DNA of 64,000 nt from Anaerolineales bacterium (GTDB lineage: Bacteria > Chloroflexota > Anaerolineae > Anaerolineales > Villigracilaceae), in assembly GCA_025056175.1 (NCBI GenBank), contig JANWWK010000030.1:108791-172790 (forward strand). The letters are read 5' to 3'. Shown piece by piece: positions 32,974-41,604 of this stretch. Below the pieces are notes generated by a model that ran no database searches, was not told where the DNA came from, and worked only from the letters and a program-made list of their open reading frames with translations. A program made the translations under genes and the position numbers. Each line of letters opens with the position of its first letter. Position 1 is the first letter of the stretch.

Positions 32974-35655
32974 ATGCCGCCAACTTCCCCCTGGCACACT
33001 CTGTCCGCTGACGAAGCCTTCTCCGCACTTCAGAGCAGGCCGGGCGGGCTGACTGAAACAGAAGCCCAACAACGACTGACCGAGTATGGCCCCAACGAAT
33101 TGCAGGCTGCCCGCCGCATCTCACCGTGGGAAATCCTGCTTGAGCAGTTCAAAAACATCCTGATTCTCATTCTGCTGGGCGCAACAGCCATTTCGTTGTT
33201 TCTCGGCCATGGCATCGAATCCATCGTCATTGCCATCATCGTCCTGTTTGCCGTTGGACTGGGGTTTATTCAGGAATATCGTGCCGAACGTGCCATCGAG
33301 GCGCTCAAGCAGATGGCTGCGCCGACGGCCAGCGTTTTGCGCGAGGGCGAAGAAATTAAACTTCCCGCGCGCGACCTGGTGCCGGGAGATGTCGTCTTGT
33401 TGCATACCGGCGACCGGGTGCCGGCGGATGGACGCCTGCTCGAAGCCGTCAATCTCCAGGTGGAAGAGGCCGCCCTCACCGGTGAGTCGGTACCGGTCGA
33501 AAAGCATATCCACCCGCTTGAACGCGGCGACTTGCCCATCGGCGACCGCCGCAACATGGTCTATGCCGGTACGTCCATTACCTACGGACGCGGGCGGATG
33601 CTGGTGACGGCAACCGGAATGCAAACGGAGTTTGGCAAAATTGCCCAAATGTTGCAAGAAGTGGAAACTACCCGCACGCCGCTCCAGCAGAATCTGGATA
33701 AAGTCGGGACGGCGCTGGCGCGGGCGGCTTTTGTGGTGGTCGCTATCATTGTGGCGCTGGGTTTGTTGCGCGGACAGCCGTTTATCGAAATGCTCATCTT
33801 TGGCATTGCCCTGGCCGTTGCAGTCGTGCCAGAAGCCTTACCTGCGGTTGTTACCATTTCGCTGGCAATTGGCGTGCAGAAAATGGTGCGGCGGCATGCG
33901 CTCATCCGTCGTCTGCCCGCGGTAGAGACGCTGGGCAGTACTTCGGTCATCTGCTCCGACAAAACCGGCACCCTGACCCGCGATGAGATGACCGCACGAC
34001 GTTTGTATTGTGCCGGAGAGAGAATTGACATTACTGGAGCCGGGTATGTACCCGAAGGACAGTTCTTGTGTAACGGACAGGCCTGCGCCTCGCCGAGCCA
34101 GCCTGCCTTGCGGTTGCTGACTGCTGCTGCTCTGTGCGCCGATACACGCCTGATTCGGCATCCCAACGGCACCTGGGACATCAAAGGCGACCCCACCGAA
34201 GGCGCTTTGGTTGTGGCTGCTGCCAAAGCCGGACTGTGGAAAGAGACGCTCGAAGCCGAACAGCCGCGTGTGGATGAAATTCCCTTTTCTTCCGAAACCA
34301 AACGCATGACTACCCTGCACCGCACCAATGGAACACTGACCGCTTACGCTAAAGGTGCGCCGGAAGTCATCTTGCAAAGTTGTGATTTCGTGCTGCTGGA
34401 AGATGGCGTTCATCCGCTGCACACTTCAGCGAGGCAGGAAATTCTCACCCGCGCGCAAGAGATGGCGCAAGATGCTTTGCGCGTGCTGGGAGTGGCCTTC
34501 AAACCCCATGCCACACGTGAAACTGCCGAAACAGGCATGACCTTTCTGGGTTTAGTCGGCATGATAGACCCTCCGCGTGCAGAAGCCAGAGACGCAATTG
34601 CCGTGTGCGCCCAGGCCGGGATTCAACCGGTAATGATTACTGGCGACCACCCCGTGACGGCAGCGGCGGTGGCGCGCGAATTGGGCTTGTTAAACAATGG
34701 CGGTCGGGTCGTCACCGGCGCAGAGCTCGACGTGATGAGCGATACCGACCTGACACGCGACGTTGAGAACATTCGCGTTTACGCGCGCGTTTCGCCAGCC
34801 CACAAATTGCGGGTGGTGACGGCCTGGCAGACGCGCGGTCACATTGTTGCCATGACCGGCGACGGTGTGAACGATGCCCCCGCTCTGAAAAAAGCGGATA
34901 TCGGTGTGGCGATGGGTATCACCGGCACCGATGTAACAAAAGAAGCAGCCGCCATGACCCTGACCGATGACAATTTTGCCTCCATTGTCGCTGCCGTCGA
35001 AGAAGGACGCGGCGTATTTGGCAACATCAAAAAGTATCTGATGTACTTGCTCTCTTCCAACATTGGTGAAATTGGTCTGATGGCCGGTTCCGCTTTACTC
35101 GGTTTGCCGCTGCCTTTAACCGCGGTCCAAATCCTTTACGTCAACCTGGCGACCGATGGTTTGCCTGCCCTGGCGCTTTCGGTGGACCCGCCCGAAAGCG
35201 ATTTGATGAAACGCAAGCCGCGCGACCCCAAAACCGGCATCTTTACCCGTCCGGTGGTGACGCTCATGATACTGGGAGGGGTCTGGTCTACCCTGGTCAA
35301 CCTCGGATTATTCACCTGGGCGCTTGAAACCGGGCGCGGCCTGGAACATGCCATGACCATGACGTTTGTCTCGCTGGTCTTGATTCAGTTCTTCAAAGCT
35401 TATAACTTCCGCTCCGACCGGCATTCGATTTTTAACCGTCCATTCCAGAACAAGTGGTTGAATCTGGCAGTTCTCTGGGAACTGCTTTTGCTGATGTTGA
35501 TTGTATATCTGCCATTTCTTCATGAGCCGTTCAGCACTTATGCTCTTTCTGCGAGCGATTGGTTGATTGTGGCCGGGCTGGCTGTTACCGTCGTACCGGT
35601 GCTGGAACTGGCGAAGTGGATGGTGCGGAAAGGCTGGCTGGGAACGGTGGAGTAA
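32974..35655 (+). CDS. P-type (P2-like) cation-transporting ATPase, candidate Mn2+ (or Ca2+/Mn2+) exporter
   Basis: 893 aa. Cation_ATPase_N region, TGES, phosphorylation site ICSDKTGTLT, hinge MTGDGVNDAPALKKADIGVAMG, and TM4 motif VPEALPAV. The metal assignment comes only from the upstream riboswitch class. Confidence 0.85.
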   Translation: MPPTSPWHTLSADEAFSALQSRPGGLTETEAQQRLTEYGPNELQAARRISPWEILLEQFKNILILILLGATAISLFLGHGIESIVIAIIVLFAVGLGFIQEYRAERAIEALKQMAAPTASVLREGEEIKLPARDLVPGDVVLLHTGDRVPADGRLLEAVNLQVEEAALTGESVPVEKHIHPLERGDLPIGDRRNMVYAGTSITYGRGRMLVTATGMQTEFGKIAQMLQEVETTRTPLQQNLDKVGTALARAAFVVVAIIVALGLLRGQPFIEMLIFGIALAVAVVPEALPAVVTISLAIGVQKMVRRHALIRRLPAVETLGSTSVICSDKTGTLTRDEMTARRLYCAGERIDITGAGYVPEGQFLCNGQACASPSQPALRLLTAAALCADTRLIRHPNGTWDIKGDPTEGALVVAAAKAGLWKETLEAEQPRVDEIPFSSETKRMTTLHRTNGTLTAYAKGAPEVILQSCDFVLLEDGVHPLHTSARQEILTRAQEMAQDALRVLGVAFKPHATRETAETGMTFLGLVGMIDPPRAEARDAIAVCAQAGIQPVMITGDHPVTAAAVARELGLLNNGGRVVTGAELDVMSDTDLTRDVENIRVYARVSPAHKLRVVTAWQTRGHIVAMTGDGVNDAPALKKADIGVAMGITGTDVTKEAAAMTLTDDNFASIVAAVEEGRGVFGNIKKYLMYLLSSNIGEIGLMAGSALLGLPLPLTAVQILYVNLATDGLPALALSVDPPESDLMKRKPRDPKTGIFTRPVVTLMILGGVWSTLVNLGLFTWALETGRGLEHAMTMTFVSLVLIQFFKAYNFRSDRHSIFNRPFQNKWLNLAVLWELLLLMLIVYLPFLHEPFSTYALSASDWLIVAGLAVTVVPVLELAKWMVRKGWLGTVE

Positions 35656-35709
35656 TCTACCAACCGTGATAAAATCCCCCCATGAACCCATCCGCTGGCC
35701 GAGGTGAAC

Positions 35710-36285
35710 ATGGGAGAGGAAACGCTTGACCGTCGGGAGTTTCTCTCGCGCATTGGCGTCTTCTTTTTCATCATCGGGGTTTTTGCCCTGATGATATTTA
35801 TTTCGACCGACGTCTCCCGCACCGGCCAGGCGCAAGCTATCCCGCTGACGAACACTGCCTATGCTGCGCTCGCCATCCAGACGCAACAGGCGGGCGCAGC
35901 CACTGCGCAGGCGCAAAATCTGCCGACCCCCACGCGCGTCAAAGTCAAAGACCTGCGCGCCACACAGGAGTTCATCATGTATGGCGTGCAGGTCTTGCAG
36001 ACGCGCGACGCCGCTCAAAAAACGGCAGTGGCGTTGGGCATTCCGCCTACGCCGATTCAACTCGCGCGTGAAGACATCGAAAACTACATTCAAAGCCGCC
36101 AGAGTTTCAGTTACCTGGCGTTTTTGTGCATTGGTGCGCTCGGCATTGGCGGTGGGCTGTTGCTGTTGCGCATGAGCGCGCCGCCCCCCAAACCTGCCGG
36201 GCGCTTTGCACGCATCCGTGCCTGGCTGCAAAAAATGCGCGAAGACCGCAAGAAACGCGCCGAAGCCAGACAGAAGAAAAAATAA
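35710..36285 (+). CDS. Hypothetical membrane protein (N- and C-terminal TM, Lys/Arg-rich tail)
   Basis: ATG 35710 is in frame with track ORF 35704. No recognisable family. Confidence 0.4.
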   Translation: MGEETLDRREFLSRIGVFFFIIGVFALMIFISTDVSRTGQAQAIPLTNTAYAALAIQTQQAGAATAQAQNLPTPTRVKVKDLRATQEFIMYGVQVLQTRDAAQKTAVALGIPPTPIQLAREDIENYIQSRQSFSYLAFLCIGALGIGGGLLLLRMSAPPPKPAGRFARIRAWLQKMREDRKKRAEARQKKK

Positions 36286-36313
36286 CACCCCTGCTCCGCA
36301 AAAAGGTTTCCGC

Positions 36314-37216
36314 ATGTCCAGACTCATTTCTCTTCATGATGCTATCGCTCAGTTCGTTCACGATGGAGACCTGGTGTATGCCGCCGGCTTTACCCATCTG
36401 ATTCCGTTTGCCGCCGGACATGAAATCATTCGGCAGGGCAAGCGCAACCTGACCCTGGCGCGCGCCACTCCCGACCTGATTTACGACCAGATGGTGGCCG
36501 CCGGATGCGCCCGCAAGGTGATTTTTTCTTACATGGGAAACCCCGGCGTGGGCAGTTTGCGCCTGGTGCGCGCGGCCATCGAACGCGGTGAACTGGAATG
36601 GGAAGAATACTCTCATTTCGGCATGATTACCCGCCTGCAAGCCGCAGCCAGCGGGCTGCCCTTTTTGCCAATGAACCAGACCGCAGCCACCGATTTGGAA
36701 CGTGCCAACCCCAACATCAAACGGGTGACCGACCCGTACAGCGGACGTGAAGTCATCACGGTACCGGCGCTCCACCCGGATGTGGCGATTGTTCACGTGC
36801 AGCGCGCCGATGAGAACGGCAATGCCCACCTTTGGGGAATCATTGGAGAACAAAAAGAAGTGGCGTTTGCCGCCAGGCGTGTGATTCTCACTGCCGAAGA
36901 AATTGTTCCCGAAACAGTGATTCGCTCTGACCCGAACCGCACGCTCATCCCGGGCTTTCTGGTCAGCGCAGTTTGTCATGTTCCGTATGCCGCGCATCCC
37001 TCCTATGCCCAGGGGTATTATGACCGTGATAATGAGTTCTACCTGGCGTGGGATAAAATCTCCGCCGACCCCGAAGCAACCCGCCGCTACCTGGAGGAAT
37101 GGGTGTATGGCGTCAGAGACCGCGCGGAGTATTGGGCCAAACTGGGGGAGGAGAAGCACACCCGCTTACGAGTTCCGCCGCTCTGGAGTGAACCGGTCAA
37201 TTACGGCAGATATTAG
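36314..37216 (+). CDS. CoA-transferase family I subunit A (glutaconate/3-oxoacid CoA-transferase A-like)
   Basis: Start trimmed to MSRLISLHDAIAQFVHDGDLV. The sequence character matches GctA/AtoD-like alpha subunits. No beta subunit gene is adjacent. Confidence 0.65.
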   Translation: MSRLISLHDAIAQFVHDGDLVYAAGFTHLIPFAAGHEIIRQGKRNLTLARATPDLIYDQMVAAGCARKVIFSYMGNPGVGSLRLVRAAIERGELEWEEYSHFGMITRLQAAASGLPFLPMNQTAATDLERANPNIKRVTDPYSGREVITVPALHPDVAIVHVQRADENGNAHLWGIIGEQKEVAFAARRVILTAEEIVPETVIRSDPNRTLIPGFLVSAVCHVPYAAHPSYAQGYYDRDNEFYLAWDKISADPEATRRYLEEWVYGVRDRAEYWAKLGEEKHTRLRVPPLWSEPVNYGRY

Positions 37217-37243
37217 AACCTCCCTCCTCTCGCTCGAATCTCA

Positions 37244-39784
37244 ATGCCCGCCATGCGAAACATCACCCTGACCCTGTTGCTCTTTGCCCTGTTCTTCGGT
37301 CTCGTCTCGCCCGCACAGGCAGCGGACCCGATTCGGGTGTACTACGCCGGGCAGCGAGATTCGGTCTATACCGCGCTCACCCTCGCCCCAGCGGGCACCT
37401 TCGCTTTCGTGGATGACCCGCTTCAGGCGGATGTCTTCGTCCTGAACGGGGAGATTCCGCCCGATGAGCGCATTGCACGGCAAATCGAATCTGGTGCAGG
37501 AGTGGTGTTGCTGCTGGCGCCGGGCATTGATAGCGCGCAGGCGCAAAGGGTGACCGGCATTGCGCTCACGCTGCGGGCAACCGACAGCCCAATCAGCGTG
37601 ACGCAGGCGAAAGGCAGTTCCGACCCGCTCGTTACTGGCATCGTGTGGAACAGCGCGCCCCAATTGCGGGAGCGGTATCAGGTCGAATCGCCGGTTTCGT
37701 CTCTCATTCCGCTGGTGATGAGCTACGAAACCGGCGATTGGATTGTATTCTCTCACCGCGAGCGAGTCTTTTTGTGGACGGCCTGGCTGGGAGAGAATAA
37801 CCGCCAAATTCAGGAGTGGGCTTATTTCAACTACCTGGTCTATCACCTGACGGTGCGCGCCGCCGGGCAGACGCCGCTTCCCTTCGCAGAGTATCCGGCT
37901 TCGCCCATTCCGCACGCTGTTGAGCGTAACCTGATTGTGGGCGCAGTGCTGACGCTGGTGGCGCTGACGCTGGTGGCGTTCTTCTTTGTGCGCCGTTACA
38001 GCCTGGCGCACCCCGAAGTGTTAGACCGCATCGTTGCCGACCGCGCCGATTTCCAGACGCGTCAGGAACAGACCGCCTGGGAGGAAGTGGGCTTTCACCG
38101 CCCGCTTTCGGGCTTTTTGCTGGCGCTGGCGATGGGCATCGTCCTGTTCATCCCGCTCATCATCTACCAGAATCTCATCCTGCCCAACTACATCCTGCCC
38201 TCGGCACAGGCGCTGGGAACCTGGGGGCGCGTGACGCAGTTCTTCAACCTGATGTGGACGTTCTTCGACATGGGCACCTCGCTGGCCTTTATCAAGTATC
38301 TCAGCGAGTATCGCGTTCACGACCCCCGGCGCGGCATCCAGTTTGGGCAGTTGTTCGTGTGGTGGCAGGCCATTTCGGGCGCGATTCAGGTGGCGCTGGT
38401 GATTGCGCTCACGGCCACCTATGCGCCTTCTTCGGCCTTTGCGCTCTACACCTGGAGCGTCATCGTCCATGCTCTGATTCAAGTGCCGGGCTTTTATCAG
38501 GTCTTCCGTCACGCGCTCACCGGCTTTCAGCGGCAAGATTACTCCCGCGCACTCGACCTGGCGGTGACGATGTTCCCGCTGGTAGTGCAGCCAATCGTTG
38601 TGACGCTGATGTACCGCTGGGGAACAGCCAACCCGGTTTACGGCGGCGTGAATGGCGGCGTGATTGGCATGGGGATTGCGGCTTACCTGGTGGAGTTTCT
38701 CACCTTCCTGCTCGGCTTGTGGCTGTATCGCCGTATTGGCTATAACGCCGGCATTTTGTTCCTGGCGCACTTCGATTGGGAGACCGTGCGGACGAGCCTG
38801 CGCTTTGGCGTGTTTGCGATGGTCGGCTCGATGGCCTGGGCAGCCGGACAGGCGGCGGAAATTGCCATCACCCAGGCGCGGCTGGTCAATTACGCCGAAA
38901 TTTGGGGCAACTGGGGCATGGCGCAGAACTTCATCTTTGCCTTTAACATCGTGGCAATTCTGTTTGACGGCACGATGGCAGCGGTTTCGGAGGCGGTTTC
39001 CAGCGGCAAACGGCTGCTGGCGCAGTATTACAGCGCGATGATGTACAAATGGGGCGCGCTGATGAGCGCCTTTTTGGGCGCGGTCTTGCTGGCGGTGGGG
39101 CCAAAGTTCATTTTGGGCGCAACTGGCGTCGAGTTCGAGCGCGCTGCTGTGTACATCCTGCCGCTGGCCGTGTGGGGCGCGCTCCAATACCCCTCGTGGG
39201 TCTCCGACCAGGTGGCGCTGGGCGCCGATAAGCCCTGGCTCAAAGCGTTGATGGTCTTTGGCGAGCAAGTGCTGCGCGTGGCGCTGGTCTTCTTGCTGCT
39301 GGAACGCTTCCAGGTGACGGGTCTCATCATCGCCTACCTGATTGCCCTCAACGCCAAAAACATCACGGCCTACTTCGTCAACCATCGGCTGTGCTACCCG
39401 CAGAAATTCTATGCCTGGCAATCGTTGTTCGCGCCCCTCCTGGCCGCAGCGGCGCACTACCTGGTGCTGGATTTCATCAACAATCTGGTATGGCGTGATG
39501 ACCAGGTCACCAGCATCCTGATTTTCTTCATCGGCATTTTGCCTTCTTTTCCGGTGTATCTGTTCTTCTACGGGCTGGCCGGCGGCTGGGATGATGATAC
39601 CCTGGCCGAGTTCAGGCAGGCGGTGGAATTGAGCGGTTTCACCCGTCCGCTTGCATGGGTGATGTGGAAGGCCTCCGAACTCGGCGCGCGGCTCAGCCCG
39701 CTGACGGGGCGCTTCCCGATTACCATTCGCGCGGCGGCGATGGATGAAGCCCGCGCGCTGACCGAAGAACGGGTGCGGCTGTAA
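37244..39784 (+). CDS. Polysaccharide/oligosaccharide flippase-family (MOP/Wzx-like) membrane protein with a roughly 230-aa N-terminal extracytoplasmic domain
   Basis: 846 aa. Signal-like N-terminus, a soluble domain, then about 14 TM segments with the composition of 'polysaccharide biosynthesis protein' families. Confidence 0.55.
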   Translation: MPAMRNITLTLLLFALFFGLVSPAQAADPIRVYYAGQRDSVYTALTLAPAGTFAFVDDPLQADVFVLNGEIPPDERIARQIESGAGVVLLLAPGIDSAQAQRVTGIALTLRATDSPISVTQAKGSSDPLVTGIVWNSAPQLRERYQVESPVSSLIPLVMSYETGDWIVFSHRERVFLWTAWLGENNRQIQEWAYFNYLVYHLTVRAAGQTPLPFAEYPASPIPHAVERNLIVGAVLTLVALTLVAFFFVRRYSLAHPEVLDRIVADRADFQTRQEQTAWEEVGFHRPLSGFLLALAMGIVLFIPLIIYQNLILPNYILPSAQALGTWGRVTQFFNLMWTFFDMGTSLAFIKYLSEYRVHDPRRGIQFGQLFVWWQAISGAIQVALVIALTATYAPSSAFALYTWSVIVHALIQVPGFYQVFRHALTGFQRQDYSRALDLAVTMFPLVVQPIVVTLMYRWGTANPVYGGVNGGVIGMGIAAYLVEFLTFLLGLWLYRRIGYNAGILFLAHFDWETVRTSLRFGVFAMVGSMAWAAGQAAEIAITQARLVNYAEIWGNWGMAQNFIFAFNIVAILFDGTMAAVSEAVSSGKRLLAQYYSAMMYKWGALMSAFLGAVLLAVGPKFILGATGVEFERAAVYILPLAVWGALQYPSWVSDQVALGADKPWLKALMVFGEQVLRVALVFLLLERFQVTGLIIAYLIALNAKNITAYFVNHRLCYPQKFYAWQSLFAPLLAAAAHYLVLDFINNLVWRDDQVTSILIFFIGILPSFPVYLFFYGLAGGWDDDTLAEFRQAVELSGFTRPLAWVMWKASELGARLSPLTGRFPITIRAAAMDEARALTEERVRL

Positions 39785-39816
39785 ACGTCTCCCCGAAATT
39801 TGGGGCAAGAATCCTC

Positions 39817-39845
39817 TTGACACATCTCGCCCTCTGGCATAGAAT
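39817..39845 (+). promoter_or_regulatory. Near-consensus sigma-70 promoter TTGACA-17-TAGAAT of the aromatic operon leader
   Basis: -35 TTGACA at 39817..39822, exactly 17 nt of spacer, and -10 TAGAAT at 39840..39845. Confidence 0.7.
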
Positions 39846-39856
39846 ACCGCCCAATT

Positions 39857-39940
39857 ATGAACATGCCTGTTTCGACCCGCTGGTTTGCGTTTTACTTTTA
39901 TTACGGCTTCCGACCCCCGGTTGCCGGCGGCGGCGCTTAA
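39857..39940 (+). CDS. Attenuator leader peptide MNMPVSTRWFAFYFYYGFRPPVAGGGA (aromatic-codon-rich)
   Basis: 27 codons plus TAA. Codons 9-18 (39881..39910) are W F A F Y F Y Y G F, which is 8 aromatic residues of 10. It lies between a consensus promoter and an intrinsic terminator, upstream of aroH. No SD; the predicted 5' UTR is only 4-6 nt. Confidence 0.65.
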   Translation: MNMPVSTRWFAFYFYYGFRPPVAGGGA

Positions 39941-39974
39941 GAGCAGGCAAAGACCACCAGCCTGACCTGAAAAA

Positions 39975-40005
39975 GAGCGAGCCACACGGCACGCTCTTTT
40001 TGTTT
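39975..40005 (+). terminator. Intrinsic (attenuator) terminator upstream of aroH
   Basis: GAGCGAGCC (39975..39983), loop ACAC, GGCACGCTC (39988..39996). The stem is 9 bp with one A.A mismatch. It is followed by TTTTTGTTT (39997..40005) and preceded by an A-tract. The aroH ATG is 60 nt downstream. Confidence 0.75.
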
Positions 40006-40064
40006 ATCCGCGCGGGATGGTTTTCTTCCAGCTTCATTTGTCATTCATCTTCCAGGAGTCTCTT

Positions 40065-40436
40065 ATGCCCACTCGTGGTATCCGCGGCGCCATCACTGTC
40101 GAAGACGATTGCCCTGAACTTATCCTCTCTGCCACGCGCGAACTGCTTGAAGCCATTTTGCAGGCCAACCAGGGTATGACCCCCGAAGATATTGCCAGTG
40201 CGTTTTTCACCGTCACCGCCGATTTGTCCTCTACCTTTCCGGCCCAGGCCGCGCGGGAAATGGGCTGGAGCCAGGTGCCGATGATGTGTGCGCGTGAAAT
40301 CCCGGTTCCGGGTAGTTTACCGCGCGTCATCCGCGTGATGGTTCACTGGAACACCGAGCGGCATCAGAGCGAAATCGTCCACGTCTATTTGCGCGAGGCC
40401 GTCAAACTCCGTCCCGATTTGGTTGCCGCGCAGTAA
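40065..40436 (+). CDS. aroH: Chorismate mutase, AroH (monofunctional, B. subtilis) type
   Basis: Start MPTRGIRGAITV after GGAG. The RGIRGA N-terminus and a length of about 123 aa are typical of AroH-class chorismate mutase. Confidence 0.85.
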   Translation: MPTRGIRGAITVEDDCPELILSATRELLEAILQANQGMTPEDIASAFFTVTADLSSTFPAQAAREMGWSQVPMMCAREIPVPGSLPRVIRVMVHWNTERHQSEIVHVYLREAVKLRPDLVAAQ

Positions 40437-40493
40437 TTGCCCGTTTTTCCCTCATCTCTCATTCAATTTGTTCTTCAAGGAGGAGCCTGTCCT

Positions 40494-41546
40494 ATGATGA
40501 TAATCATGAAGCCCAACGCCACCCCGCAACAGGTGGAAAACGTTATCAGTCATATCAGAGCGGCTGGTCTGGCCGTTCACCTTTCTCAGGGTGTGGAGAC
40601 CACCATCATCGGCGCAATAGGGGAGACGCACAGCATCCCCACCGAGCGCTTCGAGGTGCTGGAGGGCGTGCAAGAAGTGCAACGCATTACCAAACCCTAC
40701 AAACTGGCCTCGCGCCAGTTCCACCCGGAGAATTCCGTCTTTCCGCTAGATGGGTTCACGGTGGGCGGCGAGGAAATTGCCGTGATTGCCGGGCCATGTT
40801 CGGTAGAAAGCCGTGCGCAAATTATCGAAACTGCCCATGCCGTCAAAGAAGCGGGGGCGTGCGCCCTGCGCGGTGGCGTCTTCAAGCCCCGTACCTCCCC
40901 CTATGCCTTTCAGGGGCTGGGCGAAGAAGGTCTGGAATACCTGGCCGAAGCCCGCGAACAGACCGGCCTGCCGATTGTGGTCGAGATTATGTCTCAAACC
41001 CAACTCGACCTGATGGTGAAATACGTGGATGTCTTACAGGTCGGTGCGCGGAACATGCAAAACTTCAACCTGTTGCGTGCCATTGGCGAAACCCGTACAC
41101 CCGTCCTGCTCAAACGCGGCCTTTCGGCCACCATCGAAGAACTGCTCATGTCTGCCGAATACATTCTTGCTGGGGGAAACAAACAAGTGATGCTCTGTGA
41201 ACGCGGCATCCGCACTTTTGAGACCGCCACCCGCAACACCACCGACATCAATGCCATCCCTGTCCTCAAATCGCTCACCCATCTCCCTGTCATTCTCGAC
41301 CCCTCCCATTCCACTGGTCATGCTGATTTCGTCAGCGCAATTGCCCGTGCCGCCATTGCCGCCGGCGCCGATGGCCTTATTGTGGAAGTGCATCCCAACC
41401 CTGCGCAGGCGCTTTCGGATGGGAAACAATCTCTCAAGCCGGAAGCGTTTGCACAAATGGTCAAACAGGTCGGGCAAATTGCCCAAATTATGGACCGCCG
41501 TTTGGCTGCCGTTCATGGCGCTTATGCTCCGCAGGGATGGGCGTGA
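40494..41546 (+). CDS. aroF: 3-deoxy-7-phosphoheptulonate (DAHP) synthase, type I-beta with N-terminal ferredoxin-like regulatory domain, copy 1
   Basis: Start [10 protein letters not shown] after AGGAGG. About 65-aa N-terminal domain followed by a KDSA/DAHPS I-beta barrel ([24 protein letters not shown]). Confidence 0.85.
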   Translation: MMIIMKPNATPQQVENVISHIRAAGLAVHLSQGVETTIIGAIGETHSIPTERFEVLEGVQEVQRITKPYKLASRQFHPENSVFPLDGFTVGGEEIAVIAGPCSVESRAQIIETAHAVKEAGACALRGGVFKPRTSPYAFQGLGEEGLEYLAEAREQTGLPIVVEIMSQTQLDLMVKYVDVLQVGARNMQNFNLLRAIGETRTPVLLKRGLSATIEELLMSAEYILAGGNKQVMLCERGIRTFETATRNTTDINAIPVLKSLTHLPVILDPSHSTGHADFVSAIARAAIAAGADGLIVEVHPNPAQALSDGKQSLKPEAFAQMVKQVGQIAQIMDRRLAAVHGAYAPQGWA

Positions 41547-41604
41547 TGCACTAATCAGCGAACAGTGGTCAGTGAGCGGTGAGCAATGAGCGAGGAGTTT
41601 TACT

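Noticed and set aside
35308-37159. Long minus-strand ORFs (339 aa and 350 aa) opposite the ATPase 3' end, the hypothetical gene and the CoA-transferase gene.
   Set aside because: They are antisense to plus-strand genes with clear family motifs. Composition is low-complexity and there are no translation signals.
39791-39805. CCCCGAAATTTGGGG just after the flippase stop, considered as a terminator.
   Set aside because: It offers only a short stem (4 G-C pairs plus weak A-T or G.U pairs) with a tiny loop and no following T-run. That is not enough to call a terminator.
38021-39985. A 654-aa minus-strand ORF opposite the flippase-family gene.
   Set aside because: The same antisense-of-membrane-protein artefact, with an R/Q/H/G-rich product of no recognisable family. 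Its 5' part would also run through the attenuator region, which is better explained on the plus strand.
39817-40179. A 120-aa plus-strand track ORF starting at the TTG of the TTGACA box and running through the leader, the terminator and into aroH.
   Set aside because: Its 'start' is the -35 hexamer. It reads through an intrinsic terminator and overlaps aroH out of frame. The region is explained better by promoter, 27-codon leader peptide and terminator.
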